Shown here: piece after piece, positions 29,977-40,501 of the stretch | How the letters are laid out: each line of letters begins with the position of its first letter | Numbering within the stretch: position 1 is the first letter of the stretch | IMG/VR virus record: IMGVR_UViG_3300047554_000375 | From: a virus | Lineage: Duplodnaviria; Heunggongvirae; Uroviricota; Caudoviricetes | Direction: 5' to 3' (one strand) | DNA length: 64,000 nucleotides | Notes under the pieces: generated by a model | What the model was told of the DNA's origin: nothing | Databases searched by the model: none | Seen by the model: only the letters and a program-made list of their open reading frames with translations | Made by a program: the position numbers and the translations under genes

Positions 29977-31617
29977 ATGTCTGATTATGGTGGCGGGTAT
30001 CAAGGTAACTCTAAACTAAAACGTGTTGGTACAAAAATTGAGTACACACAAGACCAGTTAATAGAGATTACCAAGTGTATTAAAGACCCAGTATATTTTA
30101 TTAAAAATTACATGAAGATTGTGAACGTTGACCACGGTCTCGTTCCTTTCACCATGTGGCCTTTCCAAGAGGAAATGGTCACGGGTTTTCACATCAATCG
30201 TTTCTCTATCGCTAAGATGCCACGACAGGTTGGTAAAACAACTACGGCTGCTGGCTATATGTTGTGGTGTATTTTATTCCAAGACGATTACAAGATTGCT
30301 ATTCTAGCCAACAAAGGTGACTTAGCCCGTGACATTCTTGGTCGTATCAAATACGCTTATGAATATCTCCCACTATGGATGCAACAAGGTATCATTGAGT
30401 GGAACAAAGGTAACATTTCCGTAGAGAATGGTTCAGAAATTTCAGCATATGCTACCAGCGCCAGTGGTGTTCGTGGTGGATCATATAACTTAATTTTCTT
30501 GGACGAATTTGCGTTCGTTCCACATAACATGGCAGAAGAGTTCTTCACTTCTACCTATCCTGTTATCTCATCTGGTAAAACCACCAAAGTTATTATTGTT
30601 TCAACGCCACATGGTCTGAATCAGTTCTATCGAATGTGGATGGATGCGATTGAGAAACGCTCAACATATGTTCCGTTTGAAGTTCACTGGTCAATGGTGC
30701 CAGGTCGTGATGCGGCATGGCGTGAAGAAACGATTAGAAACACCAGCGAAGAACAGTTCCGACAAGAATTTGAGACTGAGTTTATTGGTTCATCAGCCAC
30801 ATTGATTCCTGGTGCCAAGTTGAAGATGTTGACCTTCTTGAATCCGACGGCTAAAGAAGAACACATGCACATATATGAACAGCCAAAGCCTGGTCATACT
30901 TATATTGCTGTGGTCGATTGTGCTGAGGGTGTAAGTCTGGACTATTCTGTAGTGTCTATTGTGGATGTTACCGAAGTTCCTTACAGACATGTGGCTAAGT
31001 TCCGAGACAATAAATTGTCACCACTAATCTTTCCGACATTTGTTTACAACATCGCCAACAGATATAATCGTGCTTGGGTTCTGGTAGAAACTAACTCCGT
31101 TGGTCAACAAGTGGTTGATATTTTACATTATGATTTGGAATACGAAAATATCTTCCGTATTGAGCACCACGAGATTAAAGGACAGCACATTTCATCTGGT
31201 TTTAAGAAGGGTGCGGCATATGGTGTTAAAACATCAAAGACAGTTAAGAAGATTGGTTGCGCCAACTTAAAGACTTTGATTGAGACTGATAAGTTAATTA
31301 CCAATGACTTCGACACCATCGCAGAACTAAATACATTTGTCAGGGACAAAGATTCCTACGCCGCCGAAGAGGGTAACAATGACGATATTGTTATGACTTT
31401 GGTGCTTTTCTCTTGGCTTACAGCCCAAAGTTACTTTAAGGAAATCACAAATTCAGACGTTAGACAACGCTTACTGGATGAAAGAAACCTACAACTAGAC
31501 GAAGAAATGCTTCCTGTCGGTGAAATAAACGATGGATTACAGGAAGAAAAAGAATTTGATGGCAAAGACTTATGGTCCAGTGTGTCTAGCCGAGGATACC
31601 TACCATCAACTTTCTAA
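29977..31617 (+). CDS. gp17: Terminase large subunit gp17
   Basis: PRQVGKTT Walker A, IFLDEFAF Walker B, EQFRQEF, NDDIVM; no intein or intron seen. Confidence 0.97.
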   Translation: MSDYGGGYQGNSKLKRVGTKIEYTQDQLIEITKCIKDPVYFIKNYMKIVNVDHGLVPFTMWPFQEEMVTGFHINRFSIAKMPRQVGKTTTAAGYMLWCILFQDDYKIAILANKGDLARDILGRIKYAYEYLPLWMQQGIIEWNKGNISVENGSEISAYATSASGVRGGSYNLIFLDEFAFVPHNMAEEFFTSTYPVISSGKTTKVIIVSTPHGLNQFYRMWMDAIEKRSTYVPFEVHWSMVPGRDAAWREETIRNTSEEQFRQEFETEFIGSSATLIPGAKLKMLTFLNPTAKEEHMHIYEQPKPGHTYIAVVDCAEGVSLDYSVVSIVDVTEVPYRHVAKFRDNKLSPLIFPTFVYNIANRYNRAWVLVETNSVGQQVVDILHYDLEYENIFRIEHHEIKGQHISSGFKKGAAYGVKTSKTVKKIGCANLKTLIETDKLITNDFDTIAELNTFVRDKDSYAAEEGNNDDIVMTLVLFSWLTAQSYFKEITNSDVRQRLLDERNLQLDEEMLPVGEINDGLQEEKEFDGKDLWSSVSSRGYLPSTF

Positions 31618-31673
31618 AATCATAAATACAATACATGAGATAAGTTCTATAAAAATAATAAGGAGAACAAAAT

Positions 31674-33335
31674 ATGGCTTTTCAATTATCACCAGGAGTT
31701 AACATCTCCGAAGTAGATTTGACAACAGTTGTTCCCTCTGTTGCAACTACTGTTGGTGGCATTGCCGGCGCATTTGCATGGGGTCCTGTTAACGAAATCA
31801 CAATCATTAACAATGAAATTCAACTAGCAGATAAGTTTGGCAAACCAGACGCAAACACATACGAAACATTCTTCACGGCAGCAAACTTCCTATCATATGG
31901 TAGTGATTTGAGAGTTGTTCGTGCAGTTGGGGCAAGCGCAGTAAACGCAGTTTCAAATGGTGCCGCACAATTAATCACTAGCAAAACTGACTATGAACAA
32001 AATCATAGTGCTAATTCTGCAACATTGTTTACAGCAAAATATCCAGGCGAACTTGGCAACAGCATCAAAGTTTCTTTGGCTGACGCTAACACATATGCTA
32101 CATGGACATATGCTACAAACTTCGATTCTACTCCAGCAACTTCAACATACGCATCTGAGCGTTCATCTTCTAACGATGAAATTCACATCGTTGTTATTGA
32201 TGCTACAGGTAAAATCTCTGGTATTGCTGGTACAGTTTTGGAAAAATATGGTTTCGTTTCTAAAGCAAGCGATGCTAAAAACTCTGATGGTTCAAGCAAC
32301 TACTACAAAGATGTTTTGAACAACCGTTCTAAGTATATCTGGTCTACAGGTCACTTGGCTGCTAACTGGGGTACGGCTGCTTCTGGCGCAGTTGCTTACA
32401 CAAACTTGGTTGCAAACACTACAGTAACATTGTCTGGTGGTATTGATTCTACTCCAGTGGCTGCTAATGTTAACTCAGCATTCAGTTATTTCAACAATTC
32501 AGATTCTGTCGATGTATCATTGTTGATTGCTGGTTCAACAAGCAACTCTTCAACACCTAACCACCTAATTTCTATTGCTGAATCACGCAAAGACTGTTTG
32601 GTATTTGTATCGCCTGCTAAAGCAGACGTTGTAGATAACTATGGTTCCGAAGCATCCGCTATTGTTACCACAGCAGATTCTTACACCAAGTCTTCATATG
32701 CAGTTATGGATTCTGGTTGGAAATACCAATATGATAAGTACAACGATGTATACCGTTGGGTACCATTGAACGGTGATACCGCTGGTCTATGTGTTCGCAC
32801 AGATGTTGAGCGTGATCCATGGTTCTCTCCTGCTGGTCTACAGCGTGGTGTTATCAAGAATGTTGTTAAACTTGCTTGGAATCCAACTAAGGCTGAACGT
32901 GACACACTTTACAAAGTTGGTGTTAACCCAGTTGTTACATTCCCTGGTGAAGGTACAATCTTGTATGGAGACAAAACATTGTTGAATCGTCCATCAGCAT
33001 TTGACCGTATCAATGTTCGCCGCTTGTTTATCGTGTTGGAAAAATCAATTGCTAAGGCTGCTCGTTCTTCATTGTTTGAATTCAACGATGAATTTACTCG
33101 TGCCGCATTCGTAAACTTGGTTGAACCATATTTGCGTGATGTACAAGGTCGCCGTGGTATCTATGACTTCCGTGTTGTATGTGACACAACAAATAACACA
33201 GGTGAAGTTATCGACCAGAACCAATTCGTTGGTGATATCTACATTAAACCTGCTCGTTCTATCAACTTTATCCAATTGAACTTCGTTGCTGTACGCACTG
33301 GTGTTTCATTTGAAGAAGTTGTTGGTAGAGTTTAA
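31674..33335 (+). CDS. gp18: Tail sheath protein gp18
   Basis: LSPGVNISEVDLT, PWFSPAG..RG, FDRINVRRLF, KPARSINFI. Confidence 0.97.
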   Translation: MAFQLSPGVNISEVDLTTVVPSVATTVGGIAGAFAWGPVNEITIINNEIQLADKFGKPDANTYETFFTAANFLSYGSDLRVVRAVGASAVNAVSNGAAQLITSKTDYEQNHSANSATLFTAKYPGELGNSIKVSLADANTYATWTYATNFDSTPATSTYASERSSSNDEIHIVVIDATGKISGIAGTVLEKYGFVSKASDAKNSDGSSNYYKDVLNNRSKYIWSTGHLAANWGTAASGAVAYTNLVANTTVTLSGGIDSTPVAANVNSAFSYFNNSDSVDVSLLIAGSTSNSSTPNHLISIAESRKDCLVFVSPAKADVVDNYGSEASAIVTTADSYTKSSYAVMDSGWKYQYDKYNDVYRWVPLNGDTAGLCVRTDVERDPWFSPAGLQRGVIKNVVKLAWNPTKAERDTLYKVGVNPVVTFPGEGTILYGDKTLLNRPSAFDRINVRRLFIVLEKSIAKAARSSLFEFNDEFTRAAFVNLVEPYLRDVQGRRGIYDFRVVCDTTNNTGEVIDQNQFVGDIYIKPARSINFIQLNFVAVRTGVSFEEVVGRV

Positions 33336-33361
33336 TAAATAGAGAGATAGGAGAAACTTAA

Positions 33362-33907
33362 ATGGCTTTTAACATTAATGAATTCCGCTCTCAAATGCAG
33401 GGAGATGGTGCCCGTCCGAACCTATTCGAAGTGACGCTACCATTCCCAGCATTCGCATTGCCTGGAAACGCACAAACAAAACTTACATTTATGTGTAAGA
33501 CTGCTCAGTTGCCAGGTTCTACAGTTAACACAGTTCCAGTTCAATACTTCGGTCGTGAATTGAAATTTGCTGGCAATAGAACTTTCCAAGACTGGTCAGT
33601 TACAATCATCAACGATGAAGATTTTGTTATTCGTAATGCATTTGAACGCTGGATGAATGGTATGAATAGCCATGCAACTAACGTTCGTAATCCTGCCGCT
33701 TCTGGTCCAACTGGTTATACAGTTGACGGTGAAGTTAGACAATACGGTAAAGGTGGTAACACTTTGAAGAAGTATAAGTTTATTGGTGTATTCCCAACAG
33801 ACTTGTCTACTATCGATGTTGACTGGGGTTCTAACGATACTATCGAAGAATTTACAGTTAACTTGTCTTATCAATGGTGGGAATCCGCTGACGATTTGGT
33901 ACTTTAA
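33362..33907 (+). CDS. gp19: Tail tube protein gp19
   Basis: GARPNLFEV, GRELKFAGNRTF.DW.VTIINDEDF, IEEFTV. Confidence 0.96.
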   Translation: MAFNINEFRSQMQGDGARPNLFEVTLPFPAFALPGNAQTKLTFMCKTAQLPGSTVNTVPVQYFGRELKFAGNRTFQDWSVTIINDEDFVIRNAFERWMNGMNSHATNVRNPAASGPTGYTVDGEVRQYGKGGNTLKKYKFIGVFPTDLSTIDVDWGSNDTIEEFTVNLSYQWWESADDLVL

Positions 33908-33913
33908 TTTGAT

Positions 33914-33933
33914 GGGGGGACTACGGTCCCTCC
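33914..33933 (+). other. Stable 8-bp hairpin with C(UACG)G tetraloop between g19 and g20
   Basis: GGGGGGAC-TACG-GTCCCTCC; no U-tract follows, so an RNA stabiliser/processing site is as likely as a terminator. Confidence 0.6.
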
Positions 33934-33964
33934 TCTCATACATAATGATAAAAGGAAACTATAA

Positions 33965-35635
33965 GTGGCTATAAAACTATTCGGCTTTACACTGGGTGAA
34001 AAAGATATCATCCAAAAAGAGGACCCTAAGCAGTCCTCGTTTGCGCTTCCAACTCAAGCGTTGGATGATGGCGCAGTAACGATTACACAAAATGCTCACT
34101 ACGGCACATATGTAGACTTAGAAGGTTCAGTTCGTAATGAACTAGAACTTATTACCCGATATCGTGAAATGTCAAATCACCCTGAATGTGATATGGCAAT
34201 TACAGAGATTGTTGATGAAGCAATCACACACGATGATGATGGTAGAGTTGTTGATATTATCTTAGATAAACTAAAACAACCGGAAACGATTAAGAAAAAA
34301 ATTCGTGAAGAGTTTGATAATGTATTGAAGATGATGAACTTCTCGAATATGGCAGATGACATTTTCAGACGTTGGTATATTGATGGTAGAATTTATTACC
34401 ATGTTATTGTTAATGAAGGTAACCCTAAAGAGGGTATCAAAGAATTAAGATATATTGATCCACGTAAGATTCGTAAAGTGCGTGAGATTCAAAAAGGTAA
34501 AGACCCAAAGACTGGTGCAGATGTTATCAAGTCGATGGCAGATTACTACATTTATAATGACCGTGGTATTTCAACACAAGGTTATTCAGCATCAACCAAC
34601 AGTGGTCTAAGAATTTCACCAGATTCAGTTATTAATGTGAACTCTGGTATGATGGATGCAAAGAACACATTTGTTATTTCATATCTACACAAAGCAATCA
34701 AGGCATTGAACCAATTGCGTATGATTGAAGATGCGGTAGTTATCTATCGTATCAGTCGTGCGCCAGAACGCCGTGTGTTCTATATTGATGTTGGTAACTT
34801 ACCAAAAGGTAAAGCGGAACAATATTTGCGTGATGTTATGGTCAAGTATCGTAACAAAATGGTGTACGATGCACAGACTGGTGAATTGCGTGATGACCGC
34901 AAACACATGTCTATGTTAGAAGACTTCTGGTTGCCTCGCCGTGAAGGTGGTAAAGGTACAGAGATTACTACATTGGCTGCTGGTCAAAACTTAGGTCAGT
35001 TAGAAGATGTGCAATATTTCCAGAAGAAACTATTACAATCACTAAGCGTACCGTACTCACGCTTAGAACCACAAGGTGGTGGTCTAGTTGGTCTAGGTAG
35101 AACAACTGAAGTTACTCGTGATGAATTGAAGTTTATGAAGTTTATTACTAAACTGCGTAACAAATTCACACAAGTGTTTGACCATGCTTTGAAGACACAG
35201 TTGGCTCTTAAAGGTATTTGTACCCAAGAAGAATGGGACGAATTCAGAGAAAACATTTATTACGACTTCAAGAAAGACAACAACTTCACAGAATTGCGTG
35301 ATGCTGAGTTGTTGCAACAAAGACTACAAATGCTAGGTCAGATTGATCCATATGTTGGTAGATATTACTCACAAGAATGGGTCAAGAAGAATGTGTTGCA
35401 TTTGTCTGATGAAGAAATTGATGAGATGCAGAAACAGATTGATGCTGAACCTGAACCTCAACCATTAGGTCCAGATGGCAGACCAATGCCACCAGATCAA
35501 GCACAACAACCACAGTTAGACCCAGCCAATTATCCACCAGAAGATAATGTGACTGATAGAGGCTCTGCTGAAGGCGATACACCAGAACTAGACAACGCAG
35601 TAAGTCGTTTTGGTAAACTAATAAATATGAAATAA
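33965..35635 (+). CDS. gp20: Portal vertex protein gp20 (GTG start)
   Basis: WYIDGRIYYH, YRISRAPERRVFYIDVGNLPK, EDFWLPRREGGKGTEITTL. Confidence 0.97.
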   Translation: MAIKLFGFTLGEKDIIQKEDPKQSSFALPTQALDDGAVTITQNAHYGTYVDLEGSVRNELELITRYREMSNHPECDMAITEIVDEAITHDDDGRVVDIILDKLKQPETIKKKIREEFDNVLKMMNFSNMADDIFRRWYIDGRIYYHVIVNEGNPKEGIKELRYIDPRKIRKVREIQKGKDPKTGADVIKSMADYYIYNDRGISTQGYSASTNSGLRISPDSVINVNSGMMDAKNTFVISYLHKAIKALNQLRMIEDAVVIYRISRAPERRVFYIDVGNLPKGKAEQYLRDVMVKYRNKMVYDAQTGELRDDRKHMSMLEDFWLPRREGGKGTEITTLAAGQNLGQLEDVQYFQKKLLQSLSVPYSRLEPQGGGLVGLGRTTEVTRDELKFMKFITKLRNKFTQVFDHALKTQLALKGICTQEEWDEFRENIYYDFKKDNNFTELRDAELLQQRLQMLGQIDPYVGRYYSQEWVKKNVLHLSDEEIDEMQKQIDAEPEPQPLGPDGRPMPPDQAQQPQLDPANYPPEDNVTDRGSAEGDTPELDNAVSRFGKLINMK

Positions 35636-35645
35636 GGAGTAAATT

Positions 35646-35831
35646 ATGGATGCAAGACAAATTATTGATATGCTAGGCGCAGGACAAAGTGCTGAAGCCA
35701 AAGATGGTATCAGCGAACTTCTATCTGCAAAAGCATTAGAAGCATTGGATGCAAAGAAACAAGAAATCGGTTCAACACTTTTCAATGGTAAAGTAGAAGA
35801 ACCAGCAGCCGAAGAAACACCAGCAGAATGA
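35646..35831 (+). CDS. Small prohead core protein (gp67-position)
   Basis: AGGAG SD; position after g20; acidic tail. Confidence 0.6.
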   Translation: MDARQIIDMLGAGQSAEAKDGISELLSAKALEALDAKKQEIGSTLFNGKVEEPAAEETPAE

Positions 35832-36556
35832 AATCACTACAAGAATTTAAAAAAGTAGTTGTAGAAGAAGAGAAACAGGACTTCACAAAGTTCGATGCAC
35901 TTGTTCGTGCAGGCTTGGCTAACAAAGCACAACTACAAAGACTTCATCAAATTCTTGGTAAGATGGGTGAGGAACATCCATCTTTTAGTAATGCTGACAG
36001 ACAAATCATTCAAAACATGTTTACCAAAATGGTAGACTTGATTACAAACAATCCACAAATCTATCGCAATGTTCGTAAAGCAGTAAGCGAAGAAGTTGAA
36101 GTGGAAGAAATTGTAGAAGCCGCTTCTGATAATCCTGATAAAGCACCACCATTCGTGTTGCTTTTGAAGAGACAAGCGATTCGTATCTATCCAAATAATA
36201 CCAAGATTGCTCTATACTACAACGATAGACTTGGTAAGTATTTCAGTATTCCATTCGTGGGCGATAAAGCCGACATGATTCAAGCACAAGAAAGTGTTGA
36301 AGAATTACAAGAGGAAGTGCAGATTGATGAGGCAGTTATGGATACACTCCATAAGATTGTTGCTGGTAAGTCTGCACAGACAGTTAAGTTTGCTTCCGGT
36401 CACACTCGTAGAGTGGACATGTATACCGCATCAGCCATCACACAAGTGCATAAAGCATTGAATGATGTGAACAAGAAAAAGTTTGCTGATATGGTACACA
36501 AGTCACCAGAACATTTCTCCAAAGCATCCGATTTTGCTTTCAGTAAGGCCAAATGA
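35828..36556 (+). CDS. Putative prohead core/internal protein
   Basis: Between g20 and g21; Glu-rich linkers with IVE-A and IDE-A protease-type sites. Confidence 0.55.
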   Translation: MKSLQEFKKVVVEEEKQDFTKFDALVRAGLANKAQLQRLHQILGKMGEEHPSFSNADRQIIQNMFTKMVDLITNNPQIYRNVRKAVSEEVEVEEIVEAASDNPDKAPPFVLLLKRQAIRIYPNNTKIALYYNDRLGKYFSIPFVGDKADMIQAQESVEELQEEVQIDEAVMDTLHKIVAGKSAQTVKFASGHTRRVDMYTASAITQVHKALNDVNKKKFADMVHKSPEHFSKASDFAFSKAK

Positions 36557-36984
36557 GATTAGTTGATTTAATCGGTCAAGGCAGATTCGCTGATGCGAAA
36601 GAGTTTATTGATTTGCAACTTGAAGAACTTGCAAAGAAGAGACTCGTGGAAGTAAAGAAGATTATTGCCGCAGATATATATGAGGAAGTGGAAGAAATTG
36701 CTGAAGCCAATATTCAACGCATGGGACGAATTCAAAAGATTCGTAGACGCATCCGCAGAAACGCTAAGGGCAGAATTATTGTCCAGAGAAACGTTAAGCG
36801 TTCCGCTATTAAAGGATTCAGAATCTCTGGAAATACAGTTAAAAGAATTCCAGCGATGCAAAGAATTAATAAGGCAAGAAAACTTAAAAGATACTGGAAA
36901 ACAAAAGGTAAGGCTAAATTGAACAGAACTCTACTAAAAAGAAAAATGTCATTACGCCGCCGCAAATCAATGGGAATTAAATAA
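36553..36984 (+). CDS. Putative prohead core protein with very basic C-terminal part (gp68-position)
   Basis: Acidic N-terminal 51 aa followed by 92 aa lacking D/E and rich in K/R. Confidence 0.6.
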   Translation: MRLVDLIGQGRFADAKEFIDLQLEELAKKRLVEVKKIIAADIYEEVEEIAEANIQRMGRIQKIRRRIRRNAKGRIIVQRNVKRSAIKGFRISGNTVKRIPAMQRINKARKLKRYWKTKGKAKLNRTLLKRKMSLRRRKSMGIK

Positions 36985-37344
36985 ATGGCATACGAAGTAA
37001 CAAATTCGATGAGAGGCACAAGTGTTATTCGTGTCGTTGATCCTGGCACATATACAATTACACTAGCCAACCTTTCAACAAACACTCAACTTGAAACTGT
37101 AACATCAGCAAACATCAAGCGTATTCAATGGTCATCAAACGGATATATCAGTATTGGTCGTGGTACTACACCAACACCAATGTTGGCTCTATCACAATCT
37201 GGTGACATGTATTTTGATGAATTAGGTTATTCACTAGCGAACACCAACACTGGTAACGTTGTCGTTACTGTTGTGACAGGTGGTTCATGCGTTATTGAAG
37301 TATCTAAGCAAGCAACTTATTCAACTAACTTGGATAACATCTAA
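36985..37344 (+). CDS. Conserved hypothetical head-region protein
   Basis: In-operon ORF immediately before g21. Confidence 0.6.
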   Translation: MAYEVTNSMRGTSVIRVVDPGTYTITLANLSTNTQLETVTSANIKRIQWSSNGYISIGRGTTPTPMLALSQSGDMYFDELGYSLANTNTGNVVVTVVTGGSCVIEVSKQATYSTNLDNI

Positions 37345-37345
37345 A

Positions 37346-37999
37346 ATGAAACTCATCACAGAAACGGTCGAAGACGTTAAGTATTTAACAGAGACCACAG
37401 AATCAGGCAAGAAGAATCTTTATATCGAAGGTATCTTCTTGGTCGGTGAGCAGGCTAACAAGAACCGCAGAATGTATAAGATTGATACATTGCGTGAAGA
37501 AGTTGGTCGCTACACACAAGAATATATTCAAACCAATCGTGCTTTGGGCGAACTAGGTCACCCAGACACACCATCTATTAATCTTGAGCGTGTATGCATT
37601 AAGATTGAATCATTGAAAGAAGATGGAAATAATAGATTTGTTGGTAAAGCAAGAGTTCTAGACACACCTTATGGTAACATCGTTCGTAATTTTATCGAAT
37701 CTGGTGTTAGCCTTGGTGTCTCATCTAGAGGCATGGGTTCCTTAATTGCTGGTAAAGATGGTATTAATATTGTTGGTGGTGACTTCAGATTGGCTACAGC
37801 CGCTGATGTTGTTGCTGACCCATCCGCACCAGGAGCATTCGTGAATGGTATTATGGAAAACAAAGAATGGCTCTTCGTTGAAGGCCGATTTGTTGAAGTT
37901 GATATTGATAGAGCAAAGCAAGCAATTCGTTCTGCCTCTTCAAAAGATATTGAAAAAGTGGCGTATCGCCTCTTTGAAAATTTCATTCGAAAACTTTAA
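37346..37999 (+). CDS. gp21: Prohead protease gp21
   Basis: MKLITE start; LYIEGIF, ALGELGHP, GVSSRGMGSL catalytic motifs. Confidence 0.96.
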   Translation: MKLITETVEDVKYLTETTESGKKNLYIEGIFLVGEQANKNRRMYKIDTLREEVGRYTQEYIQTNRALGELGHPDTPSINLERVCIKIESLKEDGNNRFVGKARVLDTPYGNIVRNFIESGVSLGVSSRGMGSLIAGKDGINIVGGDFRLATAADVVADPSAPGAFVNGIMENKEWLFVEGRFVEVDIDRAKQAIRSASSKDIEKVAYRLFENFIRKL

Positions 38000-38003
38000 T
38001 AAT

Positions 38004-38011
38004 TATAAATA
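38004..38011 (+). promoter_or_regulatory. T4 late promoter TATAAATA
   Basis: Exact consensus upstream of g22. Confidence 0.8.
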
Positions 38012-38034
38012 AATAAACACAAAGGAGATTCCTA

Positions 38035-39066
38035 ATGGCTAAAAATAAACTTTTTGAGGCAGCGGCTGAAATTCTTGCATCAGGCAAGGGTAAGAACGCT
38101 ATGCCTGCAGAGAAGTTAGAAGGCGAAGTTGTTGACATGGGTGGTCCAACACCACAAGATAGCAAGCCTGATGACGATTCAAATAAAATTGACACAACTA
38201 AAGGTGCTAAGAGCGCAACTGCTCCTGACACTAAAGGTTCAGACGCATCTGCTGATGACCAAGTTAAACTTGGCGGTGGCAAGAAAACTATGTCTGAGGA
38301 AGAAGAAGTTGTTGCTGATGACAAACTAGACTTGTCGGAAGATATCAACGCATTGTTCGCTGATGATTCTACAATTTCTGAAGAATTCAAATCGAAAGTT
38401 ACTACAATTTTCGAAGCACGTGTTCATGACCGTGTATCTCAAATCGCTGAAGAAACCGAAGCCCGCTATGCTGGTATGTTGGAAGAAGCGGTTGAAACTG
38501 TTAAGGCTGACTTGACAGAAAAAGTTAATGACTACCTTGCATATGTTGTTGAACAATGGATGGCTGATAACGAATTGGCTATCGAAAAAGGTATTCGTGC
38601 AGAATTGACTGAAGATTTCATTTCTGCATTGCGTAACGTATTCGTGGAACACTACATTGACGTACCTTCTGAGAAGGTTGACCTAGTTGACGAAATGGCA
38701 ACTAAGATTGACGAATTGGAAGCAAAGTTGAATGAAGAAGTTGAACGTGGTGTTGAGTACAAGAAGGCTCTTGTCGAAGCACGTAAAATCGAAGTCACTC
38801 GCACAGTTTGCGAAGGTTTGACAGATACTCAAGTTGAAAAAATCAAGTCGCTTGCAGAGAGCGTTGAATTCTCCACAGAGGAAGAATATCAAGAGAAACT
38901 TGAAACTATCCGTGAAAACTATTTCCCATCTGGCGTAAAGAAGGCTGACGTAGCACAACTACACGAAGAAGTGACTGCTGACGAAGCAGGCGACAAGAAA
39001 GCATCTAACAATGCTTATGTTGATCCATTCGTTGCAGCCGCTGTACAATCATTTTCCAAAAAATAA
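38035..39066 (+). CDS. gp22: Prohead scaffold protein gp22
   Basis: SEEFKSKVTTIFEA, YLAYVVEQWM.DNELAIE.GIRAE, KLETIRENYF. Confidence 0.95.
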   Translation: MAKNKLFEAAAEILASGKGKNAMPAEKLEGEVVDMGGPTPQDSKPDDDSNKIDTTKGAKSATAPDTKGSDASADDQVKLGGGKKTMSEEEEVVADDKLDLSEDINALFADDSTISEEFKSKVTTIFEARVHDRVSQIAEETEARYAGMLEEAVETVKADLTEKVNDYLAYVVEQWMADNELAIEKGIRAELTEDFISALRNVFVEHYIDVPSEKVDLVDEMATKIDELEAKLNEEVERGVEYKKALVEARKIEVTRTVCEGLTDTQVEKIKSLAESVEFSTEEEYQEKLETIRENYFPSGVKKADVAQLHEEVTADEAGDKKASNNAYVDPFVAAAVQSFSKK

Positions 39067-39091
39067 TTTAAAACAAAAATAGGAGAACTTA

Positions 39092-40429
39092 ATGTTTTTA
39101 TCTGAAAATCTACAAAAGAAATGGGCACCAGTGCTTGAACACGCTGACATGCCTGCAATCAATGATCCATACAAGAAAGCAGTTACTGCTGTTGTATTGG
39201 AAAACCAACAACAAGCAATGATGAAGGAAGCCGGTATCATTAATGAAGCCGCTCCAACTAACTCTGCTGGTACAGGTGGTTTCGGTGGTGCTGATGCACA
39301 AAACGCTGGCCCAGTTGCCGGTTTCGATCCAATCCTTATCAGTTTGGTTCGCCGTTCATTGCCTAACCTAATCGCTTACGATATCTGCGGTGTTCAGCCA
39401 ATGACTGGTCCTACAGGCATGATTTTCGCAATGCGTTCTATGTATGGTACAGACCGTGCCGCTTCTACTGGTACTGAAGCATTCTACAACGAAGCAAACA
39501 CACGTCACGCTGGTGCCGCTTCTGCTACTGCACAACAAGATTTGGGCTTGAAGGCTTCTACATCTGACCGTGCTTATGGCGTATTTGATGCTAACACAGT
39601 TGGTGCTATGACAACATCTGTTGCCGAAGGTTTGGTACCAAACGAAATGGGCTTCAGCATTGAGAAAGTTACAGTTACTGCAAAGACACGTGCTTTGAAG
39701 GCTGAATACTCAATGGAATTGGCACAAGACTTGAAAGCAGTTCATGGTTTGGACGCTGAGACAGAATTGGCTAACATCCTTTCTTCAGAAATCTTGGCTG
39801 AAATCAACCGTGAAGTTTTGCGTACAATCTACACAACTGCTAAAGTTGGTTGTAAAGTTGGTACAACAACAGTTGGTACATTCGACTTGGATACAGACTC
39901 TAACGGTCGTTGGATGGTTGAAAAAGTTAAAGGTTTGGCATTCCAAATCGAACGTGAAGCCAACCAAATCGCTAAGTTGACACGCCGTGGTAAAGGTAAC
40001 GTGCTTATCTGTTCTTCAGACGTAGCATCTGCTTTGGCAATGGCTGGTCTTCTTGACTACCAATCAGCATTGAATAGCCAAGTTAACTTGACTGTTGACG
40101 ATACAGGCAACACATTTGCTGGTACATTGTTCGGTCGTATCAAAGTGTACATCGACCCATATTTCCCAACAGCCGCTTCTAGCGAATTCGCTGTTGTTGG
40201 TTATAAAGGTTCTAACGCTTATGACGCTGGTTTGTTCTACTGCCCATACGTTCCACTACAAATGGTTCGTGCAGTTGACACTGGTACTTTCCAACCAAAG
40301 ATTGGCTTCAAGACTCGTTACGGTATTGTTGCTAACCCATTTGCAGAAGGTACTGCACAAGGTGCTGGTGTTATCAACCCAACATCTAATGTGTACTACC
40401 GTGCATTCAAGATTACAAACATTATGTAA
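39092..40429 (+). CDS. gp23: Major capsid protein gp23
   Basis: LVRRSLPNLIAYDICGVQPMTGPTG, KTRALKAEYSMELAQDLKAVHGLDAE, FQPKIGFKTRYG. Confidence 0.98.
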   Translation: MFLSENLQKKWAPVLEHADMPAINDPYKKAVTAVVLENQQQAMMKEAGIINEAAPTNSAGTGGFGGADAQNAGPVAGFDPILISLVRRSLPNLIAYDICGVQPMTGPTGMIFAMRSMYGTDRAASTGTEAFYNEANTRHAGAASATAQQDLGLKASTSDRAYGVFDANTVGAMTTSVAEGLVPNEMGFSIEKVTVTAKTRALKAEYSMELAQDLKAVHGLDAETELANILSSEILAEINREVLRTIYTTAKVGCKVGTTTVGTFDLDTDSNGRWMVEKVKGLAFQIEREANQIAKLTRRGKGNVLICSSDVASALAMAGLLDYQSALNSQVNLTVDDTGNTFAGTLFGRIKVYIDPYFPTAASSEFAVVGYKGSNAYDAGLFYCPYVPLQMVRAVDTGTFQPKIGFKTRYGIVANPFAEGTAQGAGVINPTSNVYYRAFKITNIM

Positions 40430-40456
40430 TCTAAGCCTCCGCTAAGAGAGGTACTT

Positions 40457-40487
40457 AAAAGGGAACCAGAAATGGTTCCCTTTTTTT
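40457..40487 (+). terminator. Rho-independent terminator after g23
   Basis: AAAAGGGAACCA-GAAA-TGGTTCCC-T7. Confidence 0.9.
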
Positions 40488-40488
40488 A

Positions 40489-40496
40489 TATAAATA
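40489..40496 (+). promoter_or_regulatory. T4 late promoter TATAAATA
   Basis: Exact consensus directly after the terminator and before g3. Confidence 0.75.
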
Positions 40497-40501
40497 CTAT
40501 T

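Noticed and set aside
29977-31617. Intron or intein in terminase or other core genes
   Set aside because: Core ORFs are continuous, of normal length and lack intein or HNH/LAGLIDADG motifs
33914-33933. Rho-independent terminator after g19
   Set aside because: Stable UACG hairpin but no U-tract; kept only as a generic structural element
40430-40501. Absence of g24/hoc between g23 and g3
   Set aside because: Normal for cyanophage-like and aquatic T4 relatives; not novel
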